Origin: a virus
Taxonomy: Duplodnaviria > Caudoviricetes
Length of the DNA stretch: 37,122 bases
Strand: one strand, 5' to 3'
IMG/VR virus record: IMGVR_UViG_3300005611_000086
Location: 1 to 37,122 of that record
Position numbers and translations under genes: made by a program. This document shows positions 1 to 8,486 of the stretch, one piece after another (position 1 is the first letter of the stretch; each line of letters starts with the position of its first letter). The notes beneath the pieces are model-generated. The model was not told where the DNA came from and searched no databases. It was given only the letters and a program-made list of their open reading frames with translations.

Positions 1-1121
1 GACTTAGCAAGGCCACCAATAAGATGAATAAGCCCCGTTCCATAAAACCCAAGGCCCGGAAGATAGCGGTAGTGAACGAAGTGTAAACGCTTCTTTTTCC
101 TCTGATCATCCTCGTACCAGTTCTTTCTTATGGATAAAATTTCTCTTGATGACTTATCAATGGTCACAACATATGGACGGGCAATACCATCTGGATCATC
201 AAATTCATCTGGCATGTTAATCGTCACATGCATTTCAAGTATTGTATGACGATCATCATCTTCAATTACAGCGCTTTCTCCATCCAACTCATCATATTTC
301 TCTTGGATATCAGAGAAGTCTGGAGATGGCGCGGGTAACTCTACATCACGATAGAAGCCAGCAACTTGAAGCTCTCTTATTTCGTTTTCGCTTTTCTTCA
401 TGACATGCGTGTACCGTGGGCATGTCATTAGGTCTGTTGCTCCATAAGACACAACAAACTCTTCCGATGGAACAAACACAGCGCAAGGCCTGTCCATTAG
501 AGGGTCATAGTAAACTTTCTTAAACGCAGATCCAGCTAATGGAAGCTTGAAAAGCATTTGCTCTAGTTCATCACGATATTCTGTCATCTCTTCTGTGAGG
601 AGATAGTTCATTTCGTTTTGAACACGATCAGCTTGATCTGCTTTCTCTGGGGTCATCTTCCCCATAATCTTTGACCTAACAGGACCACCAGAAGGAAAAA
701 GTTCTCCCATTGCTTGAGCTTGGAACCTAACAACAGATTCTGTAAGCACAGGATGGAACACGCCAGACGCACCAGCCCACGGCTGCTGTCTGTCTTCAAT
801 CTTCATGCCAAGTAAATCTAAACCTTTTACATAAGCCCTAGCCCAGTCAGAGCGTGACTCACGGTCAGACTCAAAATCACTAACAAGGTCAGATGCCATG
901 GATTCAAGTTCTGACTCCTCTATGAACTCAGCCAAGTTGGAGTCATGATCTGGACCCATTAGATTTTCAGCAAGGCTACCCTCAAAGTCAATGATAACGC
1001 CACCGTCATCTGTTTCCATGGAAATGGAATCTGGATTTACAATCTCAACAGTAAGCTCTTCTTCAGATGGATTCTCTTCAATCTCTACATCAGAAGGAAC
1101 CATTGGTTTTTCTATAGCCAT
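1..1121 (-). CDS. Phage portal protein (5' part; runs off left edge)
   Basis: Not in ORF track; translated manually from ATG at 1121 (RBS AGGTGA): MAIEKPMVPSD...HDSNLAEFI...SRSDW...GASGVFHPVLTESVVRFQAQAMGELFPSGGPV...LPLAGSAFKKVYYD...YLPGLGFYGTGLIHLIGGLAKS. This is typical of marine podovirus portals and lies downstream of terL. Confidence 0.9.
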   Translation of the reverse strand, partial: MAIEKPMVPSDVEIEENPSEEELTVEIVNPDSISMETDDGGVIIDFEGSLAENLMGPDHDSNLAEFIEESELESMASDLVSDFESDRESRSDWARAYVKGLDLLGMKIEDRQQPWAGASGVFHPVLTESVVRFQAQAMGELFPSGGPVRSKIMGKMTPEKADQADRVQNEMNYLLTEEMTEYRDELEQMLFKLPLAGSAFKKVYYDPLMDRPCAVFVPSEEFVVSYGATDLMTCPRYTHVMKKSENEIRELQVAGFYRDVELPAPSPDFSDIQEKYDELDGESAVIEDDDRHTILEMHVTINMPDEFDDPDGIARPYVVTIDKSSREILSIRKNWYEDDQRKKKRLHFVHYRYLPGLGFYGTGLIHLIGGLAK

Positions 1122-1268
1122 GAATCACCTTCAGCTTGTGTAAGTGGACATTATCAAAATATTATTGTGCGGTCTAGTGTCGAGGTGGGCAACTTGGGGG
1201 AAGCCACCACACCCCGACTAGGGCACTGGGAGATGCACCCATAATTATCCTTTATCTTAGACCGACTG

Positions 1269-1297
1269 TTGAAACAAATATTATATTCCTGTATTAA
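1269..1297 (+). promoter_or_regulatory. Putative sigma70 promoter for the plus-strand cassette (probably leaderless mRNA)
   Basis: TTGAAA(1269-1274)-17 bp-TATTAA(1292-1297); the ATG at 1304 lies 6 nt after the -10 box and has no SD. Confidence 0.5.
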
Positions 1298-1303
1298 AAA
1301 ATC

Positions 1304-1525
1304 ATGGATAACATGTTGATTTGGAACATCGTATTAACTTTTGTGGTTCTACCCATAGGTTGGTGGGCCAATCAGATTGCATCTGAGGTTAAACGTCTCA
1401 ACATATTATTGAACATGACAAGGGAAAACTATGTAAAGCGAGAAGATCATTCTGGAGAACTTGGGAGAGTTGTCGATCATCTTGTAAGGCTAGAAGCCAA
1501 GATAGATAAACTTGCAGAAAAATAG
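1304..1525 (+). CDS. Small membrane-anchored coiled-coil protein
   Basis: 73 aa; N-terminal hydrophobic helix (LIWNIVLTFVVLPIGWW), then ENYVKRED...RLEAKIDKL, a pattern common in marine phage small proteins. Confidence 0.8.
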   Translation: MDNMLIWNIVLTFVVLPIGWWANQIASEVKRLNILLNMTRENYVKREDHSGELGRVVDHLVRLEAKIDKLAEK

Positions 1526-1544
1526 GGGGAGATAGGCATGGGAT

Positions 1545-1733
1545 ATGTTCATCTGCGCCCTAACAGCAATATTAGCTAGTCAAAGCCCCACTATAGGGCT
1601 GCACCAGACCTGCGAATACAGGTGCCCTAGAGAAGTTTCACAATTCTATCACCAGTATCCAGCCAAGGTCAGGGTTCCTTGGAAGCACTTCTGTCCACCA
1701 TACATCGTTGTTGGTAGGGGGAGAAAGACATGA
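1545..1733 (+). CDS. Small Cys-containing hypothetical protein
   Basis: 62 aa with CEYRC...CP pattern; stop overlaps the next start (ATGA). Confidence 0.65.
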   Translation: MFICALTAILASQSPTIGLHQTCEYRCPREVSQFYHQYPAKVRVPWKHFCPPYIVVGRGRKT

Positions 1734-2173
1734 TTGACCCATTTACAGCGCTTGCCGCTGTGAAATCTGCGGTGTCAGCGGGCAAAGAACTCGTCAACGT
1801 CACCAAGCAGATTGGTGAGTTCTTCGACGGAGTAGATGAGTTACGCGCTGCCCATGAAAAAAAGAAAAACAGTTTGTTTTCAGGTTCTGATGAAAATGCA
1901 ATGGAGACATTTGTGAACTTACAAAGGGCCAAGGACGCTGAGGAAGAGCTTCGTCAGATCGTTATTGCAACCAGAGGTTTTAGTGCGTGGGGAGAACTGC
2001 AAGCCATACGGGTACAGGCAAGAAAAGATCGAAAGGCAAAGCTTGAGGCTGAGAGAAAGCGCAGAGCAAAGCGGATTGAACGTATTATCGTTTACGGTGG
2101 TTCAATAATTATTGTTTCAATAATGATTGGCATAACGGTTGTAATAATCTTGGCAAAGCAGGGTAGACTATGA
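1730..2173 (+). CDS. Hypothetical protein with C-terminal TM helix
   Basis: 147 aa; MIDPFTALAAVKSAV start, helical/coiled-coil body, C-terminal hydrophobic helix; RBS GGGGGAG; ATGA coupling at both ends. Confidence 0.85.
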   Translation: MIDPFTALAAVKSAVSAGKELVNVTKQIGEFFDGVDELRAAHEKKKNSLFSGSDENAMETFVNLQRAKDAEEELRQIVIATRGFSAWGELQAIRVQARKDRKAKLEAERKRRAKRIERIIVYGGSIIIVSIMIGITVVIILAKQGRL

Positions 2174-2424
2174 GTGACGGTCTAAGTGGTGTGGGGTCAG
2201 CCCCATTCAACATTCAGTCAGATATCCATCAGCAAACTCAAAGCCGTGAGCGAATAGAGACGCATCTTGCTGAACAAAGGGTAGCAAAAGAACATCGCGC
2301 AAACCATATGCACTTAGAATCTCTTAGAGAGCAAAGACTAGATCTAGGAAAAGCCTACGACAGGTTTGGAGCAAAAGCTACTGCCGATAGACCACAGGGA
2401 ACTAACATAAACATAGAAGTTTAG
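2170..2424 (+). CDS. Hypothetical protein
   Basis: 84 aa; coupled to the upstream gene; ends GTNINIEV. Confidence 0.75.
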   Translation: MSDGLSGVGSAPFNIQSDIHQQTQSRERIETHLAEQRVAKEHRANHMHLESLREQRLDLGKAYDRFGAKATADRPQGTNINIEV

Positions 2425-2437
2425 TTCAATAGAACTT

Positions 2438-3946
2438 TTAATAATACTCTATCGGACGTTGATACTTGGGTTCATCATCCCAATCATCTGACTCAGCCTT
2501 TACCCAACCGCCCTGCCTAAACCTCAATAGTGCTTGAGTGGTAGAATCCACATAGTCATCATGCTCTCCTGATGGGAAGGCAGCACATTCCTCTATAACC
2601 TCATGTGCCCACTGGGTGGGTGGGTGCCATATAGATCCACTGGCAAACAGATCAGTCACAGCATTTGCTCTAGCAATTTTATCCTGCCCGCGAGAAGGAG
2701 TGAACTCCGTAACTGGTATGCCCATTGCCCTCAGTTCAAATATTAGTGGGGCACCAGACGCTTTCTTCTCCACGATCATTTGATCTGGCTCATACTCCAT
2801 GTACTTTTCATAGGCAGCACGTTTTAGATCTGGGAACTCAAGCTTTTCCTTGTAGGCATCCAGCATAATTAAGTTAGGTTGGCTACGCCCCGTATCATCA
2901 GGATGGTAAAATACCCCCCATGTGGTGCAAGCACTATAGTCAGATCTCTGTGTCTTGAGGAACGCGGTGTCCCAAGACTGCAATATGATCTCACAGGGGG
3001 GTGGGCTAGGCCTGTCCCACTCTCTCCACCACTCACGCTTGATGAGCGCCCCTTCCTCAGACGTGGGATTTTGTTGATATTGGGCATTCCACTTTGAAGG
3101 TGGAAGTTCTGCCCTCAAAGCATCCAGTTCATCCATTGACCAGAACTCAGGCCAGAGGGGTTTACCCGAAGGCATTATAGCTGGGAACTCAATCACCTCC
3201 CAGTCGTCCATACCTTTCTTATTTCCTGTAGATTTCATTATCTGCCCAGTCAGATCTCTCAGGGACCAGCGTGTCATCACGACAATGATAGCACCGCCCG
3301 GTTGTAATCGCTGACGTGGGCCAGATGTGTACCACTCATACACACGATCATAGACTTCTGGGTTAAATTGCCCCTGCTGTGCGTCCTGTTCTGAGTGAGG
3401 ATCATCAATAATTAGGAGATCAGCACCTTTACCAGTAACTGCCCCACCAACACCAATAGCGAAGTAGTCACCGCGCTTGTTTGTGTTCCACCTTCCTGCC
3501 GCTTTGGAGTCAGATGACAGGGTTATACCGCTGAACACGTTCTGGAAGTCCTCAGATTGTATGAGGTTCCGCACCTTCCTACCAAATCCAACTGCCAATT
3601 CAGCAGTGTGGGCGGTTTGAATGACTTTCTTTTCAGGATATTTACCTAGAAACCATGCTGGCAGTAAGTAAGAGGCGAACTCTGACTTGGTATGGCGGGG
3701 TGGCATGTTGATAATCAGACGTTTTAACTCGCCACTAGCCACACGTTCAAACGCACTCGCCATTTTCTGGTGATGCCGCCCACTAATAAAGCTAGGCCAC
3801 ATGAGATTTACAAAGGAAATGAAGTCTTCCTTAGCTTTCTTCTTGTTCTGCACATCCTCAAGAGCTTCAAGATCCTTGAGAAGGGCAGCTTTCTCATTGG
3901 GTGGGAGCTTTGATATCTGAGACAGAACTTGACTTAAATCTCGCAA
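2438..3946 (-). CDS. terL: Terminase large subunit
   Basis: Walker A-like MPPRHTKS, Walker B LLIIDDP, coupling motif VMTRW, nuclease motifs SWDTA and HDDYVDSTTQAL; TTG start with RBS AGGGGG. Confidence 0.96.
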   Translation of the reverse strand: MRDLSQVLSQISKLPPNEKAALLKDLEALEDVQNKKKAKEDFISFVNLMWPSFISGRHHQKMASAFERVASGELKRLIINMPPRHTKSEFASYLLPAWFLGKYPEKKVIQTAHTAELAVGFGRKVRNLIQSEDFQNVFSGITLSSDSKAAGRWNTNKRGDYFAIGVGGAVTGKGADLLIIDDPHSEQDAQQGQFNPEVYDRVYEWYTSGPRQRLQPGGAIIVVMTRWSLRDLTGQIMKSTGNKKGMDDWEVIEFPAIMPSGKPLWPEFWSMDELDALRAELPPSKWNAQYQQNPTSEEGALIKREWWREWDRPSPPPCEIILQSWDTAFLKTQRSDYSACTTWGVFYHPDDTGRSQPNLIMLDAYKEKLEFPDLKRAAYEKYMEYEPDQMIVEKKASGAPLIFELRAMGIPVTEFTPSRGQDKIARANAVTDLFASGSIWHPPTQWAHEVIEECAAFPSGEHDDYVDSTTQALLRFRQGGWVKAESDDWDDEPKYQRPIEYY

Positions 3947-3959
3947 GCCGTTCCCCCTA

Positions 3960-4040
3960 TATATATCAGGTAAACAGTTATATACCTTTAACTGTTATAT
4001 ACCTTTAACAGATATATAACTTATCTATACCTGATATATA
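3960..4040. repeat. AT-rich iteron-like element A
   Basis: Two perfect 16-bp direct repeats GTTATATACCTTTAAC (3977-3992, 3994-4009; 17-bp period) inside a perfect 13-bp inverted repeat TATATATCAGGTA (3960-3972)/TACCTGATATATA (4028-4040). Confidence 0.85.
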
Positions 4041-4257
4041 ATAGTAGTAAATATATAATTTGCTGTTTTATGAAAAAAGTTGGGGTAGTCATAGGGTGGG
4101 GTCTCTGTTTCACCAGATTTTGAGATTATTTGTGTGTAATACTATGTATGGTCAGAATAATCGGGCGCGACGATCAGGGGTGGATGGGGGTGGGTGGGGG
4201 TAAAACTCCTTTTAATTCTGTGCGTGTGCGAGGCAAAAGTTCAATAGCACTTCTTTT

Positions 4258-4788
4258 TCACATGCCTAGCCGCTTCAGCCGTGCCTCGATATCCGCTTCA
4301 ATCTCATCCGCGCTGCGCTCTGCCTTCTCTGTGGTTTCCACACGATCAATCCACAGCCCGCAGTTCTTTCCAAGCAACTCCAAGGCCCGCACCCTTGCGC
4401 CATCCTGCACGTTCTGGTCAAGAGCAATATCTTGTAGCTGTTTCAAAACCAGATCTGTTCGAGAGAGGCCCAACACGCGCTGCTCTGCTTCTTTTTCCAC
4501 AGCCAACTGCTCCAGCCTAGTTGAGACCTTGGGGTTCTCTGCCGCCAGCCTGTAAGCCTCACGATGCACTGTAGCGTCTGCCATGTTCTCCGCATCATAC
4601 GCGGCTCTGTAGGCCTCTGAGAAGCTACTGCCACTCATCACCGCCATGCAGAAAGCTTCCTGCTTGTCTGTCAGTTGACTTACTCCAGCGGCAGGAGATC
4701 GCTTGCGGGTTTTCTTTGGTTCACTGGCAGCTACAACTGTGAGCTTTGGCTTTCCCTTTGACGTGCTGCTTGTCGGTGTTTTTTTCAT
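4258..4788 (-). CDS. terS: Terminase small subunit
   Basis: LTDKQEAFC...SEAYRAAY...AYRL..NPKV HTH-like N-terminus, ARVRALELLGK motif; directly upstream of terL. Confidence 0.88.
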   Translation of the reverse strand: MKKTPTSSTSKGKPKLTVVAASEPKKTRKRSPAAGVSQLTDKQEAFCMAVMSGSSFSEAYRAAYDAENMADATVHREAYRLAAENPKVSTRLEQLAVEKEAEQRVLGLSRTDLVLKQLQDIALDQNVQDGARVRALELLGKNCGLWIDRVETTEKAERSADEIEADIEARLKRLGM

Positions 4789-5012
4789 CTCATGCCTCTT
4801 TTTCTCAATGTTTTCAGTGTGAGGTATTATTCCACCCCACTAGCAGCTTGCATCCCTGCCCCAGCAAATCACCCCGCGAATCACCCCTGATTTTACGTGC
4901 TGCTTGTCCATCCAGATCCCCGCTGCAAAAGTTCTATTGCACTTTTTATACCAGCCAAACCCCTACTTTTAAAGGCTTTTAGTGCTAAGGTAACTTTAAT
5001 CAACATTAGGGG

Positions 5013-5041
5013 TTTACAAGGGAGTCATAAGCTGCCATAAG
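5013..5041 (+). promoter_or_regulatory. Putative early sigma70 promoter
   Basis: TTTACA(5013-5018)-17 bp-CATAAG(5036-5041) with a TG extension, at the head of the plus-strand early region. Confidence 0.5.
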
Positions 5042-5047
5042 GGTACT

Positions 5048-5378
5048 CGAAGGCGGGGGGGCAACGAGCCTAGCGCTCACAAGCCCCGCTGGACAACGCC
5101 GCAAGGCCCTTGGCAATCGCCCCAGTTTGGCATTCCCGACCGCGAGGTCATCAGGGTTTCGATCAGATGAGACGCTCACTACGAGGCATCAACCCTCATA
5201 CGCGTGGGCAACTTCAGAGCTTAAACGTAAACGCTGCGAGTGCCGCCACTGGGAAACGGGCTAGCAAGGCGGTTGAATGTAGAGAACACCAGCTTGCAGT
5301 AGTAGTGAGGCTTTGAACCCCACAATGTGAACTAAACTTTGTAAGCGCCGTCTGTGGGATGGCGCTTGGATGGTTCAG
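5048..5378 (+). ncRNA. Candidate structured ncRNA or long structured leader
   Basis: GNRA-capped stems (GCC-GCAA-GGC 5098-5107; GACC-GCGA-GGTC 5138-5149), long-range pairs (5175-5182/5302-5309; 5233-5240/5293-5300; 5242-5247/5268-5273), 10-bp hairpin 5343-5367; no convincing ORF. Confidence 0.5.
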
Positions 5379-5394
5379 TTTGAAAGGTTTTAGA

Positions 5395-5547
5395 ATGACC
5401 AGATTTTTTATCAAGGACGCTGATGCGGCTGTCACCGCGATTGACTGCTTCGCATCGTTCTGCATGTCTGCCGCCGATGGCAATACTGTCAAGGCTGCGT
5501 TTGAATTGGCTAGTTTTCTGGCTGCTATCAAAAACTCTGTTTCGTAA
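5395..5547 (+). CDS. Small early hypothetical protein (50 aa)
   Basis: MTRFFIKDADAAV...; RBS GAAAGG upstream; shortened from the track ORF 5359..5547. Confidence 0.5.
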   Translation: MTRFFIKDADAAVTAIDCFASFCMSAADGNTVKAAFELASFLAAIKNSVS

Positions 5548-5689
5548 GGGGGTGTCATCTTCTGAAAATTATTATTGCGATTTACATCTGGGCAGAGACG
5601 CTGCCCTTGATACACAAGGTTGCCTTGGTTGCAGCCATCAACGCAGCGATACTTGCCGCTGCCTACCACCTTGGATGAAAGGGGAAACC

Positions 5690-5875
5690 ATGAATACACC
5701 CAGAGATCTGGCAATGGCCTTAGTCGATACCCATGCAGCAACTGAGCGGCAAATGCTGCAAGCTTGCTTGAAATATATGACATGGGATGAGGTGAGCGAA
5801 ATGCTCAAGATGAACGAGTTCTTAGACATATTCCCCGCTGGATATGCTGAAGAACATTATCAGGTAAATGTGTGA
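5690..5875 (+). CDS. Small early hypothetical protein (61 aa)
   Basis: MNTPRDLAMALVD...CLKYMTWDEVSEMLKMNEF; RBS GAAAGGGG; the true start is likely 5690 rather than 5423. Confidence 0.75.
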   Translation: MNTPRDLAMALVDTHAATERQMLQACLKYMTWDEVSEMLKMNEFLDIFPAGYAEEHYQVNV

Positions 5876-5889
5876 GAGGAGAAAACACA

Positions 5890-6231
5890 ATGGCTTCAAT
5901 TAAATCTGCAATCAGTTCTATCAGTGAGGTAGGCATCACTGTTGATATCGTTATGGACAACGGCATCAAAGGTGATCACGTTCTGACCATCAAATCAAAC
6001 CAACAGAACCGTTATGCTTGGACATATACGTTGTCCGATCCGCAAGGGAATTACTGGCGGCTGCGCTCAAATCATTTCCTTCATGATGGTCTGCACAACT
6101 TCGATCCAGAAGACATATTCCACGTCAGTGCAATGGCCTCACAGGTCAAAGCAACTGGCAACGCGTGGAACGCTGGCGGCGAACTAATCCAAGACGGGTT
6201 CGCCATAAGACGTGAGCTTATGCAAGCATAA
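5890..6231 (+). CDS. Early hypothetical protein
   Basis: MASIKSAI...; RBS GAGAGGA. Confidence 0.75.
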   Translation: MASIKSAISSISEVGITVDIVMDNGIKGDHVLTIKSNQQNRYAWTYTLSDPQGNYWRLRSNHFLHDGLHNFDPEDIFHVSAMASQVKATGNAWNAGGELIQDGFAIRRELMQA

Positions 6232-6233
6232 GG

Positions 6234-6279
6234 TTTTACACTACATGCCCCGTAATCGTGCGGGGCATTGAGGGTAAAA
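6234..6279 (+). other. Long intergenic hairpin (possible RNase III site or terminator)
   Basis: TTTTAC..ATGCCCCGTA-ATCG-TGCGGGGCAT..GTAAAA; no U-tract after the stem. Confidence 0.55.
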
Positions 6280-6316
6280 TCGCCCATAACATTGTCAGCC
6301 TAAAAGGAAGATACAG

Positions 6317-6982
6317 ATGGCAAAATCAGCATTTCAAATTCAAGACGCAACCGTGAACCTGATCGGCAAAGCGGAGCAACAGATCGGCTCTCTGAAGGCC
6401 GACAACAAGGCAAACAACGAGGTTGCCAACGGTCACAAGATCGGGGCCTATTGCGAGCTTATCGCTGCGCTTGCGCCCGTCAAGTTGGTCAAGGGCAACC
6501 TGCCCCGCGCTGCGTCCAAACAAGTGCGGGAAGCGCTTGCTGTTGCTGGTCTGAAAGAGGCCACCATCAAGCGTTACATGGAGAACTCAGTTGGTGCGAT
6601 ACGGCACTTTGAGATCAGCGGCATGGCGAATGCCACTGCCACCATGGTTGGTGAGTTCTTTGAGACCCACAATATCGACAGCGAGAACAAGCTGGCGAAG
6701 CTGGTCAAGGGCGAGGGCGGTAAGTCCAAGGCCCAGCGGCTGGCTGAGCAAGTTGTCGGCAAGTGGTCCACAAAGAAGGACGACAAGGGCAACGCGGTAC
6801 AGGGTGACGTGTTCAAGGATGGCCTCGATGATGCTGAGCTTGAGCAGTTCGAGGATATCATGCGTGAGCTTTTGGCTGCGCGTACTGCCTACCGCAATGC
6901 TGAAGCAGCTAAGGCTGCTGAGGCTGCTGCGTCTGAAGAGAACCAAGACGTGAATGCCGTGATGGCGCAGTTTGCTGCGTAA
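6317..6982 (+). CDS. Early hypothetical protein (221 aa)
   Basis: Strong RBS AAAAGGA; Ala/Lys/Glu-rich; ends ...QFAA. Confidence 0.9.
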   Translation: MAKSAFQIQDATVNLIGKAEQQIGSLKADNKANNEVANGHKIGAYCELIAALAPVKLVKGNLPRAASKQVREALAVAGLKEATIKRYMENSVGAIRHFEISGMANATATMVGEFFETHNIDSENKLAKLVKGEGGKSKAQRLAEQVVGKWSTKKDDKGNAVQGDVFKDGLDDAELEQFEDIMRELLAARTAYRNAEAAKAAEAAASEENQDVNAVMAQFAA

Positions 6983-7000
6983 AGTTCGTTTGAACTTTTT

Positions 7001-7024
7001 TTGCGCCGCCTGTTGGTGGCGCAA
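7001..7024. terminator. Intergenic hairpin (terminator or processing site)
   Basis: TTGCGCCGCC-TGTT-GGTGGCGCAA directly after the palindrome copy at 6984-6995. Confidence 0.45.
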
Positions 7025-7049
7025 GGATGGTTTAAAAGAGGAGTGAGTG

Positions 7050-7181
7050 ATGAATAAATGGACACCAGAAGAGATCATTGATTTCTATGATGCCAACCCT
7101 GACGTGACACTGCGTCAGCTTTCAGTCGTTACAATGCGTAGCGTCTCAGAACTTAAAATGATTTTGATGGGGGGAAAGTAA
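7050..7181 (+). CDS. Small hypothetical protein (43 aa), HTH-like
   Basis: Not in track: MNKWTPEEIIDFYDANPDVTLRQLSVVTMRSVSELKMILMGGK; RBS GAGGAG; TAATG coupling to the next gene. Confidence 0.7.
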   Translation: MNKWTPEEIIDFYDANPDVTLRQLSVVTMRSVSELKMILMGGK

Positions 7182-7663
7182 TGCCTAAGTTTTTAGTTTT
7201 CAAAGCGCACCTGACAAAGGTGGATCGTGACATCGTAAACGGTGAGACCGTCAGACATGGCGGCTGGGGCGCAACCCCAAAGCTTGCAGCCTATGCGGCT
7301 GTAGCGCATCCCATTGGCAGTGTTTCTGAGGTGGATGTTTTGGCAGCAACAATTCACCGCGTTTATGTTCATGGCATCACGGCAACGGCTGATAGCCTTG
7401 AGCAAATGTTTGAGTATGACAACGCGCCATGGGGATGCGAGGCTGTTCAGCCAAGCTATCATGCCAAGGGTTTGCGTAGCCTGTCTGTCGGGGATCTGGT
7501 CATGGAAATCCCTTGTGGCGGTAACGAGGGCCACAGTGAGGCAACCCTGCACGTCTGCGAGGGTATAGGTTGGGTGAAGTTATCTGAGCGTGTGCATGAT
7601 GCATTTTGTGCAGATATCCCAACGCTGGAAAGAAAAGTAAACGCACTAGAGGAGGCTGCGTAA
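7181..7663 (+). CDS. Hypothetical protein with YodL-like motif
   Basis: RSLSVGDLV followed by CEGIGW resembles the YodL-like SLSVxD motif; ends EEAA. Confidence 0.7.
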   Translation: MPKFLVFKAHLTKVDRDIVNGETVRHGGWGATPKLAAYAAVAHPIGSVSEVDVLAATIHRVYVHGITATADSLEQMFEYDNAPWGCEAVQPSYHAKGLRSLSVGDLVMEIPCGGNEGHSEATLHVCEGIGWVKLSERVHDAFCADIPTLERKVNALEEAA

Positions 7664-7938
7664 TGAAAGAATATACATATCACATTGACGCTGGGCACGG
7701 CTACTTGGAAGTGCCCTTGGCTGATGCCTTACGGCTTGGCCTGACACTAAAAGATTTCGCGCATTACAGCTTTGCGCGGGTCACTGAATTGTTTGTGCCA
7801 ACCCTCTACCTTGAAGAGGACTGCCACATGTCAATGTTCTTGGGCGCGATGGAGTCCAAGGGTGAGCAATTCAAATTGATTGAAATTGTCCATGACGGGG
7901 ATGCGCCCTGTCGGGAATATGGTCGGATCGAGGGGTGA
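7663..7938 (+). CDS. Conserved phage hypothetical protein
   Basis: Start re-set to ATG 7663 (RBS GAGGAGG); DAGHGYLEV...YLEEDC motif seen in small phage proteins. Confidence 0.75.
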   Translation: MKEYTYHIDAGHGYLEVPLADALRLGLTLKDFAHYSFARVTELFVPTLYLEEDCHMSMFLGAMESKGEQFKLIEIVHDGDAPCREYGRIEG

Positions 7939-7939
7939 T

Positions 7940-8185
7940 ATGACAGAGAGTGAGATTGATTTTCAACGGCAGATGGAAAGGCAAACATCAACCATGATTA
8001 ACTATGAAACCGTAACCGCTGCCATGGCGAAGGCTGTTGCCATGGTAGAGAACTTGAACCCTGACGGGTCAATCAACTGGAACTTTGTGGACGCTGATGC
8101 CTTCATGGAATTGGCTCCAAACAACTGGGATGTTGACAAGTTTTATTGCTTGTTTGAGGAAATTGCAGAGGAGCAATACTCATGA
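7940..8185 (+). CDS. Acidic hypothetical protein
   Basis: MTESEIDF...ENLNPDGSINWNFVDAD; RBS GAGGGG. Confidence 0.75.
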   Translation: MTESEIDFQRQMERQTSTMINYETVTAAMAKAVAMVENLNPDGSINWNFVDADAFMELAPNNWDVDKFYCLFEEIAEEQYS

Positions 8186-8298
8186 ACAGTCGCATCTCAC
8201 GGCGTGAGAAACGCCTGATATTTGTAGAGGCCTTCCTGTCTGGGATGGTCTTCACCGCTGCCATGGTTCTCATGGTCATCGTGATGATGGCTCTGTGA
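8182..8298 (+). CDS. Small membrane peptide (38 aa)
   Basis: Not in track: MNSRISRREKRLIFVEAFLSGMVFTAAMVLMVIVMMAL; RBS GAGGAG; fills the gap between two ORFs. Confidence 0.6.
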   Translation: MNSRISRREKRLIFVEAFLSGMVFTAAMVLMVIVMMAL

Positions 8299-8486
8299 TG
8301 TACTGGGCAGTTTGGGAAGAGTGGGGCACCAACTATCGCAGATATGCGGAAGCTGAGACCCGCGAAGGGATTGATCAAAAGATCCTGACCAGAAGTGTGT
8401 ACCCGCCTAAGCGTCACACTATTCAAATTTTTGTAAAGTCTGAGGAGACAACCAATGAAACTATCACAAGCACAAACCATCGTTGA
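8295..8486 (+). CDS. Hypothetical protein
   Basis: 63 aa; coupled to both neighbours. Confidence 0.55.
   Translation: MMYWAVWEEWGTNYRRYAEAETREGIDQKILTRSVYPPKRHTIQIFVKSEETTNETITSTNHR

Noticed and set aside
3960-4040. CRISPR array
   Set aside because: Only 2-3 short AT-rich units with 1-bp spacing and no unique spacers; the Cas4-like nuclease sits in a recombination operon.
4867-4887. Short direct repeat AATCACCCC x2 upstream of terS
   Set aside because: Only 9 bp and two copies; it could be a regulatory site but is too weak to support.
5125-5175. Hammerhead ribozyme (minus strand contains CTGATGA and GAAAC)
   Set aside because: The core elements are not arranged as CUGAUGA-stem II-GAAA; the match is incomplete.
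5048-5378. tRNA or tmRNA
   Set aside because: No cloverleaf, T-loop/CCA arrangement or recognisable tag reading frame was found here, and I saw none elsewhere in the window.
4130-5783. Track ORFs 4130..4555, 4746..4982, 5110..5316 and 5214..5783
   Set aside because: Antisense shadows of terS or spurious frames across the structured non-coding region; no RBS and atypical composition.
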